NCBI RefSeq assembly: GCF_037042905.1
Contig: NC_087250.1
Location: forward strand, 21,578,001-21,642,000
DNA length: 64,000 nucleotides
DNA from: Lytechinus pictus
Taxonomy: Eukaryota
Reading direction: 5' to 3'
Position 1 is the first letter of the stretch. Each line of letters begins with the position of its first letter. Shown one piece after another: positions 1 through 12,200 of this stretch. The position numbers were made by a program, and so were the translations under genes. The notes under the pieces were generated by a model. The model ran no database searches. It had not been told where the DNA came from and saw only the letters and a program-made list of their open reading frames with translations.

Positions 1-1845
1 CCAGTTGCTGCAGCGAAGTCATTGTTGAGGCGGCGTGCACTGTGAAAGCGGTTGCGGAGGCTGAGATTCGTCAAGTAGCGATCATCTCTAGGGGTTGTCG
101 AAACTGGTCGGCCACTGCGGGGTCTCTCGGAGTATAGCCCTGTCTCTCGGTGTCTTTGATTTGCTCTGCTAATGACACTGTGTGACACGCCCATCATTCT
201 GGCTACTCTTCGCTGACTGAGGCCAGCTTCCAGCATCCCTAGGGCTCTGGCTACTGGCTACGTTTTAAAAAGTGGTCCTTAACTTTTTTTGAGTAGTGTA
301 TATGAAGTGTTACTTGTAGAACGTTATAATTTATATCAAGCAATTCCCCTTTTGGGGAATGCACAGGCATCTTTGGCGACTTGTTTTGCAATGTTAATAG
401 TCTACATTGTCTTGTTTTTTCAAGGTACTTTATTAACAAACACAATTATTATAGGAGTGTCATGTTATAAGAGGTCATGTTTTATCTGCCTTATTTCAAA
501 TCCTAATGATATACGACAAGTGCTTATCACTTTTTTTCAATGACAATACTTCACAGATTGGGAGTAGGCCTCTGAAAGGTATTCATGCACAAAGAATAGA
601 TTTTTAGAGTTCAGTAATTTGTATACCCATATTGGAAGTCAGTAGGCCTATAGTTTCTTTTCATATGCAGCCTCTGGTTTTAATGCAAATACAGCATGTT
701 CTTCTCAGTATGTACGTCAGTTTAGTCGGTATTCATGTTATTCGAACGGTTGTTGTGTCTATACATTTACATTCTCATGATAACGCATATTACGGAAAAG
801 ATACGATAATTCGACCGGGTGATTTTATAGTGTTTTCTAGTAGAACGATTCTTTTTCTTATGCTAATTTTTAGCAACCGAAAGGAAATTTGCAGGAATCT
901 AATTATGTATAGACACTTGATAAAAAGTGTTAGCTTGAATCCACCTCTTCTGGAATTTGATACATTCTTTACCGGTTTCGATTATCACGATGATAAGGTA
1001 TATTATCTTTCACGAATTTTTTGGCTTTCAGTAAACTGTAAAGTCTGTAAACAATTCTTGCACACAAAATTCTTTGGACATGATATAAATACAGTTTGTT
1101 TTTTGTTTACATGTTTGAATGAATGGGATTTTTTACATTGGCTTCAAAGCTCTAATACGCAAAAGATACTCGAGGTCTTTAAATAGCATTCTTACACAGT
1201 CATTCGACTGTCGAGTTTTTCAATTATTCAAATACCGCATTGTGATAATGGTATGCATTGTATGATATGTCAATTAAAGATGTTTCTCAATATCGAAGCC
1301 ATGGTTCTTTCACAAGCGTTACATAATCAAATAGGAGTTGATTATGCAGTTAGGGTTTGGATAATTCGGCGAATAGGCTTGTTATGCATGCTATCTCAAG
1401 TTTTTTTACCGCCATCTCTTAAGATATTTTAATACACCTTTGATTTATATTCAAATACTCCTTTTTCCAGTAGAAAGAATTTTTGAATTCCTTGTTACAC
1501 AAATCACACAAAAAATTGCAAATGTTTTAATTGGGACTATAAGTCGGTCATTCATTGCGCATGCTTCCGGGTTTATGTTTTTTACAAGGTCCATTTTCAT
1601 GTTAAATCCTTCTTTAATTGCGATACTCTTGCCTTGACCATGATGACCTTGTTGAAACGTATTCTCTTTGAATTATTCATGTTCACGAGATATTCTTTGC
1701 CATGGCTTTCCATTCGGGTAAACTTTCCTATTTTCATTACCCCGTATTTGTTATTCCTACGTACAAAACTTCGCTTTTGTAAATCCGGCTTTATGAGGTT
1801 GACAAATCAGGATGTCATATTTTAATGATTATTAAATAAACAAAG

Positions 1846-4800
1846 TTGAAATTTCTGTCGCTAAATGTAAGAGGTATTAGATCCAATTTTAAAAGGAATA
1901 AAGTTTTTCATTGGCTGGAAGATATTAATGCAGATGTGATATTCATGCAGGAGACATATAGCTCTGATGATATAACTAATATTTGGTCGTCTCAATGTAA
2001 AGGGGACATTGTATTTTCCCACGGGTCCCGTCATAGTTGTGGAGTAACTATACTTTTTAAATATGACTTGAACTATACAATTTTATACAAGCAAATTTCG
2101 AGTGAAGGAAGGTTTATCCTTTTATGGGTTAATATAGATGATAATGAATGTATTTTATTGAACATATATGTACCCACGGCAGATAAACACGCATATCAAA
2201 AACAATTCTTCAAGAAAATAAATGATAATTTGCTATTAATAAACAACATAAAAACTATACCGCTGGTGATTAGGGGAGATGTTAATACCATGTTAGATGT
2301 AGATTTGGATAGAATGGGTGGAAACCCTCACCTCCATAATGATATTAGTGATACTATTAATGAGATACAAAATAATTTTGATTTAGTTGATATTTGGAGA
2401 TTAAGGAATCCGTTATTGAGGAGATACACTTAGCGGCAATGCCATCCGTTAATACAAAGTAGACTTGATCTTTGGTTTATTTCTGATAATCTACAAGATT
2501 TCATACAAAAAACTGATATTATACCCGGTATGAGTTCAGATCATTCTGCAATTATACTTATTATCAAATTATCACAAAAGAAACGACCTTTGTCAATCAA
2601 CTGGAAATTTAATAATAGTCTATTAGATGATGGACAGTTTCATGTAGAAATGTCTGCAAATATAGACAATTGGATAATCGAATCAGTTCAATTTGAAGAC
2701 ATACGTATGAGATGGGAATTTCCAAAATATAACATCCGTTTATTCTCTAGGAAATATAGTATAAATAGAGCTAAAATTTTAAGAGAGCAAAAAAAGGAGT
2801 TAGATGGGAAATTAAAACATCTTCAGAATTTGGTAGATAAAGATGGTGAAAAATATGTTGACGAATATGAAAGGGCTAAGCTATAGATTATGAAGCGCAC
2901 ATGGACCGTATAACTCATGGCATAATAATCCGGTCCCGCGCCATCTGGGTAGAATATGGAGAGAAAAACTGCAAATTCTTTTTAAACTTGGAAAAGGCCA
3001 ACAAGGCAAGATCAACAATAAACAGACTAAAAGTAGGGGATGAAATTTTAACCGATACTTTGAAAGTGAATACTCGTATTAAGAATTTTTATGCAAACTT
3101 ATATAAAACAGAACACCCCAAATCGTTTAGTAACTGTAAGTTTTTGGAGTCAAATTGTATACCCAAGTTATCGCCGAACCAGCGTGACTTATGCGAGAAA
3201 GAATTAACTCTTTCGGAATGCACTTCTTCTCTATTTGCCATGGCCAAGAACAAATCACCCGGTAACGACGGAATAACCGTCGAATTTTATTGTCATTTTC
3301 GAAGCAAACTTGGACCGTTGGTCGTAGATACTCTTAATTATAGTTTTGAACGAGGAATGATGTCTACGCCACAGAGGAAGGTATAATTACACTAATAGCA
3401 AAAAAAAAAGGATAAAATGTTTATAGAAAATTATAGGCCTATAACTCTCTTAAATGTTGATATCAAGATCGGCTCCAAAGCCTTAGCACAGAGACTGAAA
3501 AATATTTTACCATCTATCATTCACCCTGATCAAGTAGCTTTTGTTAAAGATAGATACATAGGTGAAGCCGTGAGAACAGTACTTGAGACAATGTTCTATT
3601 ATAATACTAGCCTTAAGCGTTTGGGCGGTATTTTATTAAGCCTCGATTTTAAAAAAGCATTCGACCCATTGAACCACCAATTTTTGTCAGAAGTTTTGAA
3701 ATGTTTTAACTTTGGGAATAATTTTTGCAATTTTGTCAATGTTCTTTACAAAAGTATTGAAAGCTGTGTGATGAACAATAACGTTTCCACTGTATATTTT
3801 GCGGTAGGAAAAGGAATACGACAGGGGGATCTTCTATCTCAATATCTTTTTGTGTTAGCTATAGAAACGCTAGCCATAAACATAAGAAAAAATGAAAACA
3901 TTCAAGGCATAAGATTAAAAATTACTCATGAAATTAGGTTGTCTATGTACGCCGATATATGACATAACGGTGTATTTATCAAACTTTGAGTCGTATCATC
4001 ACCTCACGGAAGCTCTAAATGATTTTCAATTATGTTCCTCACTCTCACTGAATTATGATAAGACAAAAGCAATGTTTATAGGACAATTCAGTTTGCAAAC
4101 CCATCTGTACCAATAGATATAAAAAACAATTTACGTTTTGACAATTCTTGGAATCAACATTTCTTATTCTTTTGAGGATAGAAGGGCGCAATTACAAAGA
4201 ATTTTATCCAACATTAAATCTCAACTAAATTTATGGAAGGCCAGGAATTTATCATTATACGGGAAAATCCAAATTGTGAAAACTTTTGCTACATATCAGC
4301 TGTTATATGCAGCCAGCATATTATCTATACCTTATCCATTTATTCATAAGGTGAACACATTACTGTATGAATTTATTTGGGGTGGTCCTGATAGAGTAAA
4401 ACGTGAAGTGTTGGTTAAAGAATACGATGACGTGGGGTTAACGATGACTTGCATCAAATCGATTATTCAAGCTCAGAAAATTAAATGGGTTTCGAGATTT
4501 TTCTCCTCAACTTTGAAGGGCTGGAAAGATATATATATAGAATTGTTGTCACCTGTCGGTGGAGAATACATCTTTATTGTAATTTTGATATGAAATATTT
4601 GAATATTGAAATGTCAAATTGGTTGATGGACATTTTACAAACATGGTGTTTATTGGAAAGGAAAATAGATATTACAAATGAGTTTATATGGAACAATCAA
4701 TATATCACATTTAAAGGAAAATCTATTTATAAACCAAACATAAAGAAAAGGGATTCACTAAAATTACTGATATGTTAAATGAATTTGGACGCCCACTACG

Positions 4801-5600
4801 CTGGAGGGAAGTGAAAGAAAATGGGTTAAAGTTTACTGAGTATTTTGAATTGTTAGATTGCTATAAAATAATGCCAGTGAAATGGAAAGTTTTCTTTTTA
4901 CAACAAAACTACCATCATCTTGTAAAAGAAACTGGGGATTTCCCTTCTCCGCTTTTCTGTGAATCTACATTTAGACAAATTCAGAATATATCGACAAAGC
5001 AATTTTATCGCACTTTTTTAATATCAATAACTCCGAAACCTCCAAGTTGTTTACTCGCTTTAATCAACTTTACAACATCGACAAGCTGCAGACTTCCAAA
5101 TCGTTCACTCTTCCATTACGAATCACTATTGACACCTGACTTCGAATCACACACTATAACAATTTAAATAACTTAATACCGACAAATGAATGGCTCACAA
5201 AAATAGGATAGAAAACCAATGCATTATGCTCTTTCTGCAATGCGACACCCGAGATATTGGATCATTTGTTTTTTGCATGCCATGAAATAGCATCCAATTG
5301 GAATGCGTTGCGTATGAGAGTGACTGATTTTAATCCTAATTATTTCCTTTCACGAGATACTATTTTATTTGGATTACTACAACCATTAAGTCAATCCACC
5401 TTAGCATTTAATTTTCTAATTTTACTTGGTAAACAATTCATTTCGCGATGTAAATATCAAGAGACTCTCCCTAGTTTGAAACAATTTAATTATCATCTTA
5501 TAAAGTTACTGAGGAAATTATTGCAAAAAAGAAAAACAAACTCAATAAACACAATGTAAAATGGCAAAACATAAACAAGTATTTTTCCATTGCAGAAATT
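1846..5600 (+). pseudogene. Decayed ORF2 of a Tx1/L1-clade LINE (AP endonuclease, reverse transcriptase, C-terminal zf-RVT-like Cys/His region)
   Basis: Consecutive ORF fragments carry EN motifs (SLNVRGI, FMQETYS, DLVDIWR, SSDHSAI), RT motifs (KSPGNDG, NYRPITLLNVDIK, LDFKKAFD, GIRQGD, YAD) and C-terminal HLFFAC. They are broken by many stops and frameshifts. Confidence 0.95.
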
Positions 5601-5754
5601 GTAACCACTGTAGATTAGTATTTGTGTTAATCATCTTTTTGTGAGTTTGTTTTATCTTCTGTTCATCTTGTAGTGGTGTTTTTTATGTCATACTTTAAGT
5701 CATGTTAATCATGTTAATACATGAAAATGTCATTTTTTTTTATTGGGTTGCGCT

Positions 5755-5856
5755 ATACCCCGGCGATGCCGCCGGGACGACAGTTGACCGAAGGGTATTA
5801 CTGTACCCCTTTTCTTCTTCGGTTAATGGATCGTCCTGTCGGCAGGACTAGGGTAC
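5755..5856 (+). other. GC-rich imperfect rod-like hairpin in the LINE 3' UTR
   Basis: Nested pairings: TACCC/GGGTA (outer), TGCCGCCGGGACGA/TCGTCCTGTCGGCA, TTGACCGAAG/CTTCGGTTAA, GGGTA/TACCC (inner). It sits in an otherwise very AT-rich UTR. Confidence 0.7.
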
Positions 5857-6827
5857 AAGTTGCTTGTAAATTTTTCTGATTACACAATTTATTTAGGATA
5901 TGTTATATGTACTTATACAATGTTCTGTTTGATTGAAGTGCAACGATATGTTTTGTATACTTTGATTGTTTTTGTGACGAATAAAAACTGCAAAGATAAA
6001 AAAACAATATATATAATGACTGTGAGTTTAAAAAAATAGACTGTTGCTTTCATGGTTTCCATTTCTTTCATTTTTGCTCGAATCAATATAATAATTCATT
6101 GGATTTATTGGAGAAGGTAGTACATCCAATATTTAAAGAGATGCAAAATAATTGTGAAATCGTTGAAGAGGCTTCAGGTACACCATGTTGTGATAGGTGG
6201 TCTCAGACAAATGGACGGAGGAAGAGGTGAAATTTAGTCCGGTTATATCGTTTTTATTTTCTTATAATGTACATGTATTGGGGGATATATTTGTTGGATA
6301 ATCAGACCTGTTTATCTTATTGTCACTATATAATTTCAAAATAAAAATGAAACATCCCTGAACATCTAAAACGAAGGTCTGGAACTAAAACAAATTTAAG
6401 CCTTCCTACCTGTTTCACGGTGTGATGGTATAGCCACAAGGATGTTCAGTTCTTCTTGATATGGAGGGCGTTCACCTATTGACATTTTAGGAAAACCAAG
6501 GGTATAGTAATTAGAAATATTATAATAAGAATATTAAATCTGTAATATATATCTCACACAGTGGATGCATTATCATGCATTTTTATTGCGCTTTCATGCT
6601 TCCGTGTTTTCAATTTCATGAATCGGCAAAATAGTAAGTAATTATATATCTGTGTGTGAAATAAAATAAACGGATTTAAAACGTTTGAAATGGGAACCAT
6701 TGCTTACAACAAAATAAAAAAAAGGAAGGAATAAATGAACGAACGAAAAATAAAAACTAAGAATGAACATTTGGCAAGACGGGTTAACTTGACCAGCTGT
6801 AATTGTGATAGTGGCTCCATTGTCATT

Positions 6828-7460
6828 TAACATAAAATTGGGTATAAAAGAAATCTACCTGTCATCATTTTTTTTCTATATATTAAAAAAAAGTATTATT
6901 GTGGACCTAACCCCTGTTGCAAGCAAACTGAAATTAATCCAATCTCTTTGGACTAAAAAAGTGATTTTTCTTTGCCACTTTTATTCGAATTTTCATTTGA
7001 ATTTCAATTTTTTGTTTGGTATCATCAGGCCGACTGAACATGTAGATGTTTTGAGACAGAAAACAATAAAATTTATGAAAAATGGACCTAACCCCTTCTG
7101 ACAAATGAGCTCTTCAGAAGAGTTTGGTTGCAAACGGGGTTATGTCCACTCCAAGAAATTAGTTTTAATTCTCCCATATTGCAATATTCTTATGCGAAAC
7201 TAAATTTCAAGATACCTTACCATGAGAACATAAAATTGGGTGTCAAAGAAATCTACCTGTCTTCATATTTTAAAAATATTATTTTCAAAAAAAAATTATG
7301 TGTGGACCTAATCCCTTTTGCAACAAAACTTAAATGGGCAACCCCTTTAAACATTTAGTTCACTTTTTAATTGGAATTTCAACTTTTCTTTGGTATCATC
7401 TTGTAGAGCTAGTAAAAATATTTACTCTGAGACAAAAAAAAAATTCAAGTGAGCTCTTCA
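6828..7460. repeat. Diverged direct repeat with a period of ~400 bp
   Basis: CATAAAATTGGGT..AAAGAAATCTACCTGTC occurs at ~6831 and ~7230. GTGGACCTAA and GAGCTCTTCA are each present twice. Confidence 0.6.
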
Positions 7461-10400
7461 ATTATTGACTATTGCAATATCAACGAATTCCGTTTCTAAA
7501 AATAATTGTGATAACGATAATATCACGAGGAGAAAAAATAAGCCTGGTATTATAATAAAGAGAGTGGTTTCACATTGCTTTCTCTTGAAAAAGATATCTA
7601 GGATGAACTTGGCCAGTTAATATAATGTCATTAAGAAAATCATTCAAATGAAGCTATTGATCGAAAGGCGATTGACTACATACCAGTTTCCAGCCTCACC
7701 TGAGCGGTGTATAATGTTCTTACGCTTTGTATGTTCTATTCGCCATGTTACGAAGCTAAAATATTTGTGGCCGTCTTGGTTGAACTAAGTATATCGGCGC
7801 TAAAAACAGTTTACCGTCGTAAAGTTTTAGATTTCTACAAATTAAGAATTTCGATTTCGATAAAGTTTTTTCTTTATTTATTTTGAAATCAGGGTTAACA
7901 GGGTTAGCACTTTTGTCGTTTTTTCTATAGTCAAATTGAATGATTTTGAACACACATTCACTATTTTTTGGGGGGAAAATATTCAATGAAAAAAGTTCCC
8001 CAAATCTCTGCGTACATACCTGCCCCAATGCACCCTCTCAAAGTTAGAAAATAACGATAAAAAAGCTATTTTTTCAACAACAAAAATATCTTCCGTATAA
8101 ACTGACAACGTTGGGAGGGAAGGTCGGAGTAGCTCCCGTCTTGACATAGTTACTCCGACCTTCCTCCGACCAAGATAATCATGAAAACTAGTTGGTCGGA
8201 GGAAACTCGGGGTAATTCTGTCTTGGTCGGAGGGGGGTCGGATGAACATACCAACTACGATCTCGGGTCAGACGGGTGTTATTCCGACATTTCCTCGAAC
8301 CTTACTCTGACCAAAACAGCCTGTGTCTAAACGAGGCTGATGTCAGAAGACAAAACAATGATACACTATGCGTAGACAAATTCGCAAGCTATCAAGTATA
8401 TCAAATGGACAACCAAACTGGTTAAATCAAAATGTTATTAGAAAATCAAAACAATAGATCGACTGACTGTAAACCGATTTGATATAAACCATTACTTGCA
8501 TTAACACAATTATTTTCGAAGGAATTTTCTTACTTGTTTTGGTTGCAACTTTGCAGTCAAACTCCAGGAACCTTTAGCATGTTAAGTTGAGACTGGCCTC
8601 CGCTGTCACTACCGTAGATAACATAGCATTACGATGATTTACGTCAACCTGACCATGCTGACGGGTAACTTGGATATGTTGTTTTAAAATAATATCTTGG
8701 GTAGTATTCACCAGAAATGTAGAAAGACAATGTTGATCTCAATGTATTATTACATTATCCTTCTCCCGTAAGTGCCATTCAAGTCTAAATTGTTGGTAGC
8801 ATTTCTTGTCAATGTAGGCAACGTTAATACCATCGATGTGTTAGAATCACCAGCTAGGGCTTTAACTAATTGAAATGACTGTAACAATTTTTACTTTATT
8901 CACGGCGGTTCTTCCAGTTTCCTCAATTATACTAATCAACCAATCAAAATGAAAGAACCATTTATTCTACCAAATATAGACATGTTTATACCACGGCAGT
9001 GGCTTGACGCCCCCTAATTTGAATTTCAATCAATTATTATTATCATGTTACGGATTAATGCACATAAAGTAGGTGGTTTCAAACTGCCTCAATGTTTAAC
9101 GGTTGAAGTCGAGTTCTGTTTGCTCCACATAAAGATAAGGAGGTCTTACTCGTATACTACGATGAGAATCGCCCCCCTCCCCACACCGTATCTTGGTCCA
9201 GACCAAGATACGTGATTTCATATCTGTCGTAGGGAACATTTTGACAATTTTATAGTCTGAAAGTGTCAGTGATAATATTAAGGTGGGTAGTGATATTTAA
9301 AATCTTATAACCAATAAAAGAATCTTTGAGTACGGGTGAATTAAAAGTGGAAATGTTGTGTGCCGTAAAAGAATTAGAAATGTCCCGTATGAAACCCAAC
9401 ATTTTCACCCCTAATTCATCAGTGGCAAAAAGTATTTTTGTTGGTTGTCATTTTTTTTACATGATTACCAAGTAATACTTCAATAATGAAACAAATCCAA
9501 GTTCCTCGTTTGTTTTGGTAGTGTCAAAACGCGTTGTGGAAACGGCTTATTTTTCTAGTATGGAATCTCCCAGATATTATGTGTTATCCATCACCTAATC
9601 ATTATCAATAACATGCATGCAATAATGAAATTAGCATCATCATCATCATTATCGTAATTTCCACCATTATCCTTAGAGTAATCATTATTGTCATCATCCT
9701 AATCATCATGATCATTATTGTCGTCTTAATCTTCGTCTTCGTCGTCGAATCGACCAATACAACCGTCATCTTTCATCACTAGGAGATTTCCTCAATCAAT
9801 ACGCAAACGCTTTCTACAACGCACCAATTCGTTTTGAAAATGCAAATCAAATCACTCCGACAGATGAGAGGTTTTTGTCGAAAGTTGGTGGACCGCGACC
9901 GGGACAGAATATCGTCCATAGATTCGGACCGGACGAGAAATTGCAAATAGTTCGTTTACCCAGAGTCAAGTACAACACTGCTGTTTTGATTCACCGATTT
10001 TCAACAAAAGCTGGGTTTTTTTCATTAAAGGGCATTTGGCAAAATAATATAAGCGTTTTAGAAAACGTCTGCGAAGTAATTGCTAAATTTCCCCCATTGT
10101 CATCTATTCACAGTGTTGTTACACTCTCTGTGAAAGTGTGAAAACTTGTTCAAATTAATCACATTGGACTGACTATATGTAAACGCAGTGTGTACACAAA
10201 GTGAAAAAGAGTGTTTTCATATAATGTTTACTTTCTTCAGGTTCTTGCACGAGTTCGTGCGAATTAGAGACCTGTATATATCAGCCCATATTGTCTATTG
10301 TTTATTGCGATGATTATAGTAAGATACGGATGTAATTATGTACTTTCTAATTTCATTAGCTGTTCCCTGATTCGATTATCTATGAAAAAGAATCACTCCT

Positions 10401-11264
10401 TTTAAGGTCTTCTAAAAGAATCAACTATATCCAAATGCACGATCAATCAAACTATGTTAATTTCGAAACGGGTCTTTATTACGCCCGGTTATTACGGTCA
10501 TACAAGAAATATAACATAAGCAAAGCATTACCAATCTGCTAACCATTTTCAGTCCCTGTTCTCCTTTTTATCTGCATGATTTTCTTTTGATTTCAGTATT
10601 GGTTGGTGATGAATCGTTATTTTATCATTCGATATGACGATGATCATAAAGATTCATGGAATATTTTCACACAGTTAATACTACTATTACTCATTCCACG
10701 GTTAACTTCGCTTGGATGATTCAATTCATAGTTCGCACGCAATCCCTGTTTGTTCAACGTGCTACAAAGTTTGGTTATTTTCCTTCTTTTCTCTCCAACA
10801 GAGTTCTATCACACTGAATTTCTTTAGTACCTGTTTAAGAAGATATATAGGAAGAATAGAATCAATCTGCATTTTTGCAACTACATGCTCGATGCAGCCG
10901 TTACGGGCTAATTTGCATAGTTTTTCTTTGAACGATTCTGGGACACGAATTATTAGATGGGCATTGTGCTACATTTAATAAACATGTTTGATGTCCTATT
11001 AACATCATTCCTGAGCTTTATGGTTTATTTTGCAATTTGACTTTTTCGATATATAAATGCGTAATTGATATTGTGCACACAAAAAAATCGCATCAGCGGA
11101 AAAACGGTATGCAGCATGGAACTTCAAAGTCAAGTGTCAAACCACATTGCTACGCTAAAAGACCTACCCCATTCATGCCATTACCACGTTTAGAGACATT
11201 AATATTTTGATGCGTTTTTGCATAAATTTCAGATCATTCTTAATAACTCTCTGGTTCAGACCAA

Positions 11265-11672
11265 TGTGACCTGCCACCCAAAACCAACAGCAGGTCGCCC
11301 ATTCTGATTTTTGGGGGGTTTATTGTGCTTAAAAATCCCCTTTCTATTATTAGCTTTCAAAATGTGGTCAACTAAACCTTCTTAAGTGCTTGATTAAATG
11401 AAGAAACATTTCAGTGAGAGGTTCCTTCAAAATGAGAAAACAAGGTTTGAAGTTTTGGTTCACTAAGGCATGAGATGTGCACACTGTGCAATCTCAACGA
11501 AATTTCCAAGTAGTCCATAAAACTGCCTAAAAATAATTCCTTTATCTTTCTTTATTCACTTTTACATCTTCTTTTTTTTTTTTTACTTTTAGGAGACCAA
11601 ATTATTTTTTCAGCTATTGCAGAGAACTTTCCCTGGCGACACATTGCTTGTATGGGAGGGTGGCAGGTCCCC
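11265..11672. mobile_element. MITE-like element with short TIRs
   Basis: GACCTGCCACCC at the left end and GGGTGGCAGGTC at the right end. No TSD was resolved. Confidence 0.5.
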
Positions 11673-12002
11673 TAAACGTATAATTTCGAGCTTCAGAAGA
11701 AGATACGAAATTTATACAAAATACATACAAAATGCAATTCACTATTTTAAAATTTGGTTAGTTCAATTGGCAGTTTGTTTGTCTGGCTTATATTACAGAC
11801 TATTATATGTTTGTGTGGTTTCGCCGGGACTGATATATGTGAAGAATGCTTTCATTGTGAAGGCTTCTGGTGAATAGTCTGGGACAGATATTTTCATCTT
11901 CCTAAAGAACATTTGAAAATTAAATTGCGCCCTTTACCATTCCTTGTTGTGCTATTTTCTCAAAGCATACCATTCTGGTAGATTCAAGTAGAAAAAAATA
12001 AT

Positions 12003-12041
12003 ACTACGTAGTACTACTTCTATTACTACTACTACTTCTAT

Positions 12042-12086
<45 letters not shown>

Positions 12087-12200
12087 TACTACTACTACTT
12101 CTTCTTCTTCCTCCTCTTCTTCTTTTTTCATCATCTTCTTCTTCTTTTTCTTCTACTACTCCTACTACTACTACTATTATTATTATTATTATTACTATAT
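12003..12200. repeat. Compound microsatellite (CTA)n/(CTT)n/(ATT)n
   Basis: Read directly. A paralogous tract lies at 28610-28790. Confidence 0.95.

Larger units (their letters stand above)
1..6005 (+). mobile_element. Tx1/L1-like non-LTR retrotransposon. The 3' UTR ends at AATAAA plus an A-rich tail near 5980-6005. Bases 1-1845 are probably an upstream or inter-ORF region.
   Basis: ORF2 remnants are followed by a T-rich 3' UTR, AATAAA at ~5980 and an A-rich tail. Assigning 1-1845 to the element is inference and the 5' boundary is unsupported. Confidence 0.65.

Noticed and set aside
632..1186. 184-aa ORF as LINE ORF1 or a host gene
   Set aside because: It has a non-ATG start, a composition typical of T-rich non-coding DNA, and no coiled-coil, RRM or zinc-knuckle motifs.
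5755..5856. SECIS, hammerhead or HDV-like ribozyme assignment for the 3' UTR hairpin
   Set aside because: I could not place an AUGA/GA quartet with apical AA, a CUGANGA/GAAA core or an HDV double-pseudoknot topology by eye. It is kept only as an unassigned structure.
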